A DNA stretch of 64,000 nt from the NCBI GenBank assembly GCA_963514005.1, contig OY740787.1:59706001-59770000 (forward strand). The letters run 5' to 3'. Shown here piece after piece: positions 37,301 to 49,300 of this stretch (position 1 is the stretch's first letter; every line of letters starts with the position of its first letter). The translations under genes were made by a program, and so were the position numbers. This DNA is from Raja brachyura. Lineage: Eukaryota. The notes under the pieces were generated by a model. That model searched no databases. It saw nothing but the letters and a program-made list of their open reading frames with translations, and was not told where the DNA came from.

Positions 37301-40300
37301 TAAAAAAATTGGTTTTGCAGGGAATGGAGGGATATGGGTTATGTTCAGGTAGATGGTGATCTTGGAATCATGTTCAGCACGGACATTGTGGGCTGAAGGG
37401 CCTGTTCTTGTGCTGTACTGTTCTATTTAATCACTTGCCACACTTCAATGAGATACTGTTGCCATTTTTTTTCTGCAGCTTTAAATCACTAAATATTTGG
37501 TACCTCTTGTATCATCACAGAAAGTTTTGATATTATAGGAGATTTTTCTACATTTGCATGCTATCTGAAAGAGTCATCTGGTTAAAATCCATTTTCATCT
37601 CTTAATCCATCATGGAATTCCCCATTTTGTGTAATTCAAATGTATTTTCCTGTACTTTTCAATTGCGAGAATGGTTTCCATCTCTATCATAATTACAATG
37701 TGAATTTCCACAGCAGGCTGGATGGAAAAAAATCTCCCCAATCTTGTTTGTTATAAATTAATTGATTAATATTCTCTTATTATTGTTGGATGGAAAATGG
37801 ATTACTATTTTTTGTAATTTCATACTACTCAAATTCATATAGCTCAAATTACCACTATTTGGACAAATAACTAAAAGTTATGAGAACTTTTCCAACGGCT
37901 GATGTTGCATCCTTCCATCCAAAGGTGATTAGAACTGTATGCCTTCTAGCAAAAATAATGTTTCATACCATTAAGCATGGGAGCAGAATTGGACCATTTC
38001 CCTGCCATTCAATCATGGCTGATCTATCTTTCCTTCTCAACTCCATTTTCCTCACTTCTCCCCATAACCTTGACGCCCTTTCTTTAGAATAATGAAAGGG
38101 CCACAATGAGAGAGGTTGAGAGATTTTGACTACACCCACACATAGAGTCATAATAACCTCTCCTTATAGAGATACAGTGTGGAAATAGGCCCTTCGGCCC
38201 ACTGAGTCTGCGCCGACCAACGATCACCCCGTACATTAGCACTGTCTACACACTAAGGACAATTTACAATTTTACCAATGTCTTTGGAAAGTTTCTCTGT
38301 TCTGTAACCTTTATAGGCCAGGCATAACAATGGCTTGGTTGGGGAACTTGGTCAGCAGGGACAAGTTGGACTGATGTTGGATTTTCCATGTTGTATAGCT
38401 TTGATGACTCTTCTATGACTCCTTAATAGTTCCTCATTTGCTACATAATCTATTCTCCTTAATTACAGTGTTTACACTGCCACCTCTGTTCATAAAGAAC
38501 CAAATTTAATCCTCCTGCCTCCAGGATTCCATTATGATGTCTAATCGATGTTTTGTTTTCCTAAGTTATCCTCTTTTTGTGTATTAGTAAATTCGCCTTA
38601 ATTTTATTTGCTGATTTTCATATTTATTTAATTTTTTTCATTTTTTTCATTTTGGCCCTAGTCTTTTTACTATCGTTAAACGTCTGCCTATTGAGCTCTC
38701 CACACAGTCAAAGAACTGTACAGCTCAGAAATGGGCCATTTGGCTCACCTTGTCCATGCCAACTAAAGTTTATATAATTAGCATATCTGACCCAAGTGGG
38801 TGCAAGGAACTGCCGAGGGTGGTTTACCAAAAAAGACAGTGTTGGAGTAACTCAGCAGGTCAGGTAGCATCTCTGAGAACATGGATGGGTAACGATTTGG
38901 GTCTGAAGAAGGGTCCCAACCCAAAAGGCCACCTATCCATGTCTCCAGGGATGCCGTCTGACTCGCTGAGTTATTCCAGCACTCTGTTCCGTATCTGACA
39001 TAAGCTTCTCTTCTATCGTATATTCTGCACATGATCATCCAGAGAGCTTTAAGTTTGTTAATCTCACCATTTTTTTTTTAGTTAACTTGTTTATTTTAAA
39101 TTCTCATTCTCAAGCCTGAATGCCTCCTACATAATGTTTCCAGTAAAAAAAAAATCTCCAAAACATACTTTAGTTTTTTACAAAATGTTTGTATTCCCCT
39201 AACAAGATCATTTAATTGCTGTCGTCTGTTCCTTTCCAGTACTGCATTACATTACTATCCAAAGCATTAAAATGCCTCTTGCCTCCTGATTCCTCTCCAA
39301 CTAAGTGGGTTCTTTCTCCCAAACAAGTCCAGAACTGCCTCCTCTTTTGTCATTCTGCACAGTAGCTAAAGCAAAATTCTTCCAAAATGTATTTTCTTTA
39401 TACAGCCTTTATATAATTTACATGATTCTATCCTTATTGATATCGGTGTAGTCTAAATATTTTAAAATTGCTGCCATATATTTGTTGAATATATAAAAGC
39501 ATTTCCACATGGTTGTTCTGCCTCCCTCTCATTGAATGGAGCTCTGTTGTGCACTCCCAATAGTATATTGTTCCCTCATTGTTCAAATGTGTGGTCCTGT
39601 TTGATAATCAATTTAGCATATACTTCAAATTCCCTGCACCTTGTATCCCCCTCCCAATCTCGTATGATTGGGAATGTTGCCATACTTGCCCTGTTCAGGA
39701 ATAGATCATGCTCTATATTAATGTGCATATCTCAGCTATCTGAAGTTTGTAAGCTTGTGCATTGAAATATGTGGCATTTAACCAGTGTAGGTCTGTTATT
39801 TTCTACTGCCTGTTTCACTTATGTCAATCCTTTGAACCCTTTTTTAAAAAATTGATTTTGTAGCTTCCTAAATTATGACCTTGAAACTTCTTCATCTCTT
39901 CTACCTTTGTCAGTGATACCAATGTGGACTAGACTATCCCTAGTCTTTAGAATACAATGAACTAATTAAATAAAATGGAACAAGGTTAGGCTGATAATCA
40001 TTTTGTTTTAAATTGACAAGAAAGTATGCAAATATGAAACAATTTTATGATTCATTTCATTTGTTTGTTTTATTGTTTAATCAGTGTTGGGGGGGGGTGA
40101 ATCATAGCAAGCTTCATTTCTAACTCAGTTAAATAGTTAAAAAGAGAAAAAATGTACTGTGAATTTCCAGAGCTTCTCCAAATATTTTTATATCTGGGGA
40201 TAATTGAAGTAGAAAAAGTAAAAATTGTCATATAAAGCTTTGTGTATATTCTCAAGGGAATTTACCAAGGTTACATTGAGAGATTTGATGAAATTTAATT

Positions 40301-43300
40301 TGAAAGGTTCCATTGAGTTATGAATTGTACTTTCTCTTTGGCAGGTGTTGAATTGAGGACCCCAGACTGGTATATTCCAGGTAAGTCGGTGTACAGAGCG
40401 TAACTCTTGTCTGAATTGTACTGAGTGTACAGCATGCTGGAGAAATTCAGCAGGTGGGGCAACATCCATGTAGGGAAATGGACTGTCAGTGTTTTGTGTC
40501 AGGACCCTTCATCTGGTCCAGTCCAATAATGTTGACTGTCCATTTTCCTCCACAGACTTTAGAGCTACAGGGTGGAGACAGGCCTTTCAGCCAACGAAGT
40601 CCGTGCCAACCAGCAATCACCCCGTAGACTAACACTATCCTACACACTCAGGACAATTTACAATTCTGCCAAAGCCAATTAACCTGCAAATCTGTATGTC
40701 TTTGGGATGTGGGTGGAAACCGGAGCGCCCGGAGAAAATCCACATGGTCATAGGAAACTCTGTACAGACAGCGTCCATAGTGAGGATCAAACCTGGATCT
40801 CTGGTATTCTTAGGCGGCAGCTCTACAGCTACACCACTGTGCCACCTACAGATGCTGCTTGACCCATTGAGCAGTTCTAGCAGATTGGTGGAAACCCACT
40901 ATTGTGCAAATATTTGGAAAGGTGTCCAAAAGGAGGAAATAAAGGACACGTCTGATATTCATAACATTGACTGTGCTTGTTGTTCATATTTTGCTATTTG
41001 ACAACTGCCCATTGCACATCTGTTTGACCTCCCCACCCAGGGTTCTTGTCTGAATCTGGTTGATTTCCCCCTCAGCAAATGATGCACAAATTTATGGGTG
41101 GGTTGTAAGTTGGACTGCAACAGTGCTTGGGCAAATGGTAAGTGGACATCATTGCCACAGGATGCCAAAAATAAATACCAGCATTTCACAACCACCACCT
41201 CCTCAACATTAGAATGCAGTGACTAATGAAAAGCCAAAATACTGCAGTTACTGAAATAAACTGAAAGGGTGTCATTTATGTTTTCTTTGCGAAGTAAACT
41301 CACATTGAGGTTTTCATTTGTCTAACTGCTTCACCATTTTCCTGTTTGCATTTCTTCAGATGGGGAGAGTATTCATGGGCCCACAGTTGTTATTGATGGG
41401 AATGAGTATTGGTTTGTGAACAATACTATGCTAACCTACCAAGAAGCTGATCTATATTGCACAAGAAACGAGAGCAAATTGGCTTCCATAACATCCAGAC
41501 CTGCAATAAAAATGATTAAAACTCATCTACAAAAGGTAGGTTGTGTGTCCATAATTTTTGTCATTTTGCAACATTGATAACTTTTGGCTTTGACTATGTG
41601 ATCTTGTGCTATGAAGCACAACCAAAATGACGTAATATAGGCTATTATTGTCACGTCTCCAATCAAATCGGATAATACTGTGATTACTATCAAGCCAAAA
41701 TCAAGTACAATGAAATGTGTCACAAATGTGAATTAGACTTTTAATTTCAATTGCATACATCAGCTAAGTGAGGTGAAGCTTTCTCTCTTTGGAGAAATCT
41801 GAGAATGCCTCATCTCTGGCTGGGCTACCTAAACATGTACTTAATAGAAAAACTATCTCCACTGTGGAATTCTTAACCAAGAATTTGACTTTTATTCCAA
41901 AGGTTAGATCATACAGGAGAACAGTATTTCATCGCCACCGCTAGGCATTGCAGAATGCTTTGTAATCCTGCATACATACACTTCCAAAATTTAATAACAT
42001 TTATTATAAACTATTCACCCATTTTATACCCAAAGGTCTCAAGATGTGCAATTTTAAGGATATCAGATTAGTAAAATATCCATTGCAATTTTATCCTAGT
42101 TTGTTGCCACCATTCTCTGTAATCCAAATTTATGTGAATTGAAAGTTACCACACGGAAGCTTCTTCTTCTTGCGTATGGCGTGCACAGCCTAAAGTTGTC
42201 GGACAACTTGTTCTATTTGATCTTATTTGATTGTGCACACTGGGTTGATTGCATTTGTCGAAACAGGGCAGACCACGTGAAGATTGCAACCTCCCACCCC
42301 ACACGGAAGCTGATCGCTTGGATCATTACAGACACGCTTTACCAATGACTTAACGCTGATATACAAGCCTTTCTAAATCTTCAGGTAGATGAAATTCAGA
42401 TACATCAAATCAATGAGTCCAAAAAGGACTCTGTTCCCTTGATCTTGTGACAAATTGAGAGCACAATGAGCCCAGTGATCGCTTCTGTGTGGTAACTTTC
42501 AATTCACATAAATTGGGATTCTTCCTCCCCCACCCACCAGCCCAAGATCAAATGCTACTTTAGACCAGACAACTCTCAAACACCTGATGTAAAGTAGCTT
42601 TTCTTGGGAGAGCGTGGGTTGGGGTGGGGGTGAGAGAGAAGGAGGAAATGCATAACTCACCTCCCTTAAGGTTGAGAAAATTGCTAATGGTTAATGTTTA
42701 CATCTGGATTGGGCAGGGATTACCAAGTTATATTGATTAGCGTGGAATAATAAAAATGCTGAACCAAGTTATGGAAAAATACATATTCCAGTAACCAAGT
42801 CGAAGGGCAACCACCTGAAATAGGAAGGAGCTTTTAAGGAGCTAATAGGATGGGTTGAGAAAGAATTGGAAAAAAAGTGCACCGCTTGAAATTGCATTAA
42901 ATAAATGTTTTTTCTTTCCTCATTTCCCACAGCACTTTGCTTTGTTGCCAAAGTGGTGGGTCAAGACGATCGATTATAATGTAATGAACAGTCGTTTGTA
43001 AGTATACATTATTACCATAATATTACCTCTCCATTATTCTTTCCATTATTGTAAAAATTGTTTTCCTAACGTGGTGGTATCAGTCCATCACATCTCAAGT
43101 GATGTCATGGAGCTGTCCCATTAAGCATTCATGGGCTTATTTCAACTTTTTTCTTTATCATTAAGTATTCAATTTAAGCGCAATATATTATTATGCTACA
43201 AAATAAAAATCGAGAAGGCTCATAATATTCAGGAAGTCAAGCAGTCTCTGTTAAGAGAAACATTTAATGGCAATGAAAAGTCCAAAATACGATAGTTGCT

Positions 43301-46300
43301 GTGTTTCTCTAAGCACTTTCTTATGTTGCCACAGTGGTGGGGAAAAACAATAATTATAATGTAATGCACAGTCATTTGTAAGTATACAAGATATACAAAA
43401 CTGTTGCTAAAGATTGTTTCCTTTCAATCTGCCGTTTAATCTTTAACCTATTCATGAAAACCTTTGAATTTTTGTCATCGATGACAAGATTGGAACTGAC
43501 TTCCTGACAATTCCCCATCTGAATTAATTGGGTGGTGCCATCAAGTGTGGCAGCCTCGCCATCAGCAGTCCGTCCTTTCACCCTTTTTTGTTATTTTTAG
43601 TATGTCTAAAGGTTTTTGTTTTTAAAGGTTTCTTAGTCTTTTTTATGTGGGGGGGGGGAGGGAGCGGGTAACTGTTTCCAAGTCACTACCTGGTCGTGGA
43701 ATTTTCGTTTCTCCGGGTCGCATCTTTTTTCATCTGCCAAATGGATTGGCGCGGCCTTTTCTGCCGGAGACCGGCCAATGCTGAGTTCCATTGCGGAGCA
43801 GGACGATGCCTTACCGGGGATCACCTGTTGAAGCTCCGGAGTGTTGGGCCTGCTGATTAACACCATGGAGCTGTAGTTTGTGGAGCTTCTAGACTCGGGC
43901 GACGCTGACTTTAACATCGCGGAGTCCTGGGATTCTTTGCCGAGGGTCGCCAATGTTGAATCTCCGCCCTGCTCGACCTGTGGACTTTGGGAACCGCGGT
44001 CCCCAGTAGGAAGCGGCTGATTTGGAAAATCCAAGCAGCGAGTGTGTTCTTCCGTTCCGACATCGGAGTTCCAATCATCCCGACGAGAGGGCCTGATGTA
44101 AAGTAGCTTTTGATCTTGGGACAAGTAGCGGCAACTGCGGAGGGCTCAAAGGCCCTGACCACGGGCGAACAAAGAGGAAGCTGACTACTTTATTGCCTTC
44201 CCGCACAGTGGAAAACGTTTATGCGCTGTGTGGGAATGTTTATGTTAAATTCTATCGACTATTTGGGTTCTTTTTATTTGTATGGCTGATGGTAACTCAA
44301 ATCTCACTGTACCAATTGGTGCATGTGACAATAAATGTAATTTGAACTTATGTAACTTGAACTTGAATTCTCCAATTCAACTTCTATCCTTTACACAGTG
44401 CTTGAACAAATCAACTGGTATCCATCAAACCCCTTTAAAATTTATTCTCTTCCCGCCATCTCTGCAGTGTATACCATCTGCAAAATGCCTAGGCTATTCC
44501 AGCAGTACTTTCCACACCTACAACACTTTTGGGGTACTTTCATAAGAAGGCAAAATCAACCAAATCTTCCTGTCAATCTGGAACGGGCAATACATGTTAA
44601 CCTTGCCAAAGATGTCCAGATCATGAAAATTAATCTGAATCTAAATTTTCAGATAATTTAAACCTATCTAAACTCTCCTGCCTCCAAGTCATCCCAGATC
44701 AGTTCCATGCCTGACCAGTACACTAACACTATCTTGCACAAAAGGGACAATTTACAATTTTACCAAAACTAATTAGCCTACAATTAATTAACCTGCACTT
44801 TGGAGTGTGGGAGGAAACCGGAACATCCATAGAAAACCCACGAGGTAAGATTCCAAGATTTCAAGCTCCGCAAATTTAAAGTGTTCATCCTTTCAGGTTT
44901 CCACCTCTATATTATCCTCCAGCAACACATAGAAACCAAAGTTCTCTCTTCTGCCTGCTCCCTGGCATGTGTCCGTCGCTTTACCCCATTATCGGTGATT
45001 GGACAGTTAGTCCCTTGTCGCATGCTCTGGAATTTGTCTTCTAAATCCCTTAAGCCCCTGTCCCACTTAGACCTCTGGTGACCTTGCCCGCCCCCCCAAA
45101 AAAATCAAGGTAGAGGTGACCTGCAACCTCCTACCACCTCCCACGCATATGTTGAAAACCTTCCTCGACTATGAAGAAAACCAGCTTTGACTAGACCTGC
45201 GACAAAACAATTATCGATTTTTAAAACTGCAACCTATTTTTAGTCGAGGCCGGTTTTAATCATGATGGAAAAAATAGCAGCAACCTAGATGAAGCCTCGA
45301 CTACGCGGAAACCACTTTCGACCAATAGGGAGAATGACCAAAACCTCCAGTGTCCTCATGGAAAACTTGGGTGGTGGGCAAGGTCACCAGTGGTTGCTGT
45401 TTAGGTCTCCCAAGTGGGACAGGGGCTTTACTGCTCTCCCATATCCTCTTTTAAAATCCTTATTTGTTTGCTTCTTTGAATATCTCCCTTGGATTACCTG
45501 GCCAATTTTCCCATTTTGTGACTGAAGCACTTCTGTGCAATTTTGTACTTTAAAAATATATGCCATTATTTTCAACCTTGAAGAAAAGGAGGTAATATTT
45601 TAACCAGAAACTGACTTCTATTTAATAAAACAATTATATAATGTACTGTGACCTCTTCATATTTTCTTCCTTTTTTAGTTTGAGTCCATATGACATTTAC
45701 CACCGATTTATATCCTTCCACAACCAGTATAGGGATTGTTGGTTTATAACCCCATATTATGCGAGGTGGAGAGGTAAGCGATTTATTTGTTTATCTTTAT
45801 TATGTATTCAAGTTTCTGGTTCATTTTTTTCAATTATATGAAATTTATGTAACCTATTTTAGCAATTGTACTGCTTTAAGTATAATTGATTATTTTTCTC
45901 AAGCAGTTAGATCTGTTTTACCGATGCTGGTGTTTTTCCTGAAGACTATTATTTTTGAGTCGCCTTTAATAACCATAGAACATGCAACAGCACAGTGACT
46001 CGCCTCAACAAAGCCCTCTAGCCTTTGATATTTCCACCATGGAGAAAAAGATTCTGACTGGCTACCCCATCCATGCCTCTCACAATTTTATAAACTTCTA
46101 TCGGGTCTCCCATCAGCCTCCGAGGCTTCAGAGAAAACAATCCATGTTTGTTCAACCTCTCCTTTACAGCTATACCTTCTAACCTGTGCGTGATGTTATT
46201 GATGTTTAGGTCGATAGAATGATTAACCAAATGTGTGTGTGCTGTTTAACCCTATTCCACTGTAACTTCCATTCCTAACCTCCATTTATCAAGCCAAATC

Positions 46301-49300
46301 TATCCATATTTTTTCTCATAACATGAATTTCCTTTTATGTGTTTGTGCATTTTGTGTGCTTTTGCAGTCCCTGCAAAAAGCCTTCTTTCCTCTTGCACTT
46401 GTTACAAATCGCAAAATTATGTAGCATACATGGGACAGAAACCGATCATTTGGCCCAACAAGTCCACTTAGTTTATGCTCTAGATTCCTCGGGTTTTATC
46501 TCCTCAAAATCTATTGGCATAACATTGGAAACGAGAGAGTCGAGTGTTTTAATTCTCATATGTACTGTAGATGGAACAATTAAGTTCTTACTGCAGCAGC
46601 ATAGCATACCTGTAAATGCAGTACACACAGATAAAATATAATAAACAAAACTTCAATCAATTAATAACCATAGTAATAGTACAGAAAATAAACAACAAAT
46701 CTGTAGTGCAACCAAAGACCGAGCATGGAAGTTAATAGTTGAGGTCAGTGTTGTGTATATTCAGGAACCTGATAGCGGTTGGGAATAAACTATTCTTAGA
46801 ACCCGGTGGTCATAGTTCTCAGGCCCCTATACTTTCTTCCCGATGGCAGGGTTTGAGAGGGTAGCCAGGGTGTTGTTGGTCTTTGATATTGGCTGCCTTT
46901 ACGAGGCAATGCCTCTTGCAGATCCCTTGTGATTGACCACGTAATGTTCACCACGCTCTGTAACCTCCTTTGTTCCTGGAGGTTCGGGTTGCTGAACAAT
47001 GCCACGAGTCAATATGCTCTACTGTACACCTGTCAAAGATCGAGAGAGTATTTGGCAACATACTGAATCTCCTCAAACCTCTAAGGACATAAATGGGCTT
47101 ACTTTATGATTGTATCAATGTGCTGGGCACAAGACGGGTCTTGGGAGATATGCACAGTATTCCATCCTCCCTCTAGATTACAGCAAACTACCCAGTACTT
47201 GCTTTAACCACTCCCTGTGGTGGGGACCTCCAGATGCGTACCATTGTATAGGTTGACTTCCTCTGAATTCCCTCATGGATGCCTCCTCCTTTACTCTCTT
47301 TGAGAGTTTGCCAACACAAATTCCTATAGCATTCTCAACTCTAGATTTTCCTGGCCACAAATAACTGAAGATCCAGGCCTTTTGTCTGTTTCTCGACATT
47401 CTTCAAAGGGCCCAACTAAGCACATTCCTTGCTCTTATTTTGGCATTAAAACATTGTTGTGGGTCTTGCTCTTGTAATGCTAGGTGAATGGACGCTACAT
47501 TTGGTGGGAGATAGGTGAGAGAATGCTTGCAGGAAATTGTAGGGTTTGCTGAGCAACAGTGCCCAAAGGAGGAACATTCTTGTTGCAAAGGGGTCATGGG
47601 GTCCCATTGGGCCAAGAACCAGGTGTCACATGCAGGAGGTAGGAGAGAGGTTTTATAGGCATGTGTACGTTCTCTAAATGGCCGCACAACCCAGGAAACC
47701 CCAGCATGTGAGGGACAGGTTCACATGCACTAACTCTAAATCATCTGGTGCTCCCGACATGGCATCCTTTACAGCACTGCCTAAACATAGACTCGGCGAC
47801 TATTTTGCAATATCCTGCGCTCAGTCCACCAAGACCTTCTGGACCAGCCTTTGATGAATTTTGCGTGTTCCATGGTGTTTGTGGTGGGAGGAAGAGGGTT
47901 TACACCAGTAAAAGAGTGATGGGGAGAAGAAGACAAAGTCAGATGTATTTCCCGAGGGAAATGTCTAAGATTGCTCTACTCCAGATTAACCTGATTTTCA
48001 AAAGCATAGCACCATTTTAGTTTTAGGATTGTGAGAACAAATTCTAATGTTTTGTCTTTAACATTCCAGTCTTTCCCCCCACAGAATATCATGAACATAT
48101 TGACTGCTTCAGACGCCTTCCATTTATTTGTCAAAAGCTCAATATATCGTCATTGGAGCCATGGTCTCCTGAAACTGGTGATAAGGGCAGTCCATGTACA
48201 GGTGATTGGATCCCCTTTGGTGATAATGTAAGTCGAGGCTTTCTTATAAGTGTCACATTAAACTTGTATTAAACTATATATATATAAAATTGAGAGGCAT
48301 AGATAGGGTGGACAGTCAGAACTATTTCCCCAGGATGGAAAAATTAAAAGCTAGAGGCCATAGCTTTAAAATGAGGAGCAGTGTAAAGGAGACGGACGGG
48401 GCAACTTTTTTTTACATTGAGGTTTGTTCGACTTCTTATCGAGTCCACACACAAGATTAAACGTTGTTCAGCCAGGGCTGAACATACTTCTCAGCATCTG
48501 CATACAATGGTGTCTGTCTTGCGCTTGTGTGTGTGGTGGTGGAAAGATTGGTGGAAACAGGGCCGCGACGTGAACGCTCTTTCCTTCCTGACTGAGGTTT
48601 GTGAATCCCAGGAACACGCTGCCAGGGTTGGTGGTTGAGGCAGATATGATTATGGCTTTTGAGGCTTTTGGATAGTTATATGGATATGCAGCGTATGTAA
48701 GGATATGGAATATGCGCAGGTAGCTAAGAGATGGTCTTAGCATCATGTTTGGCACAGACATTGTGGGTCGAAAGACTTGTTTTTTGTGCTGTACTGTTCC
48801 AGGTTCTATATTCAGGAATAAGGAGCTCTTTTTGTCTAGTGTTCAATGGAATTTTCATTTGACTGGGAAACATGATATTTTGGATTATACATCATTAAAT
48901 ACAGAAATAAGGTTGTATGCTAAATACCAGTAATTGACCAGAAGGATTTGTTCTTATGCAGTGTTTGGGTACTGACTACTCTTGTCACATAAAATCTTCA
49001 GTGCATAGGCTCTAACCATCCAGATTTTTCCGTTTCATATGATTGGTGTTTTAGATCTTTCAAAGAGATTGTTTCTCGTGCATCTCCATTTTCTTAGTGG
49101 CTTGGATCTCAGAGCCCTGATCAACCTATAGTTCTTCAGTGTGTTGCTTCGAACAATTGGAAAAAGCTGCTCCTGACACAGCTGTCTAACAACTGGCCTC
49201 TGAAAAGTTGCTGTTAGCAATATCTTATGCAGATGTAGAACAGCTAATCCATGCCTTGCCATTTACATGGGCCATTGCTAACACTCATGGGTGGGAAGCC

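Noticed and set aside
43633-44124. 163-aa minus-strand ORF as a novel protein
   Set aside because: It lies in a GC-rich repeat, has no recognisable domain and is not preserved in the second copy.
46368-46460. Strong-looking acceptor ttttgcag with an open frame
   Set aside because: There is no CTLD similarity or donor, and the exon chain is complete without it.
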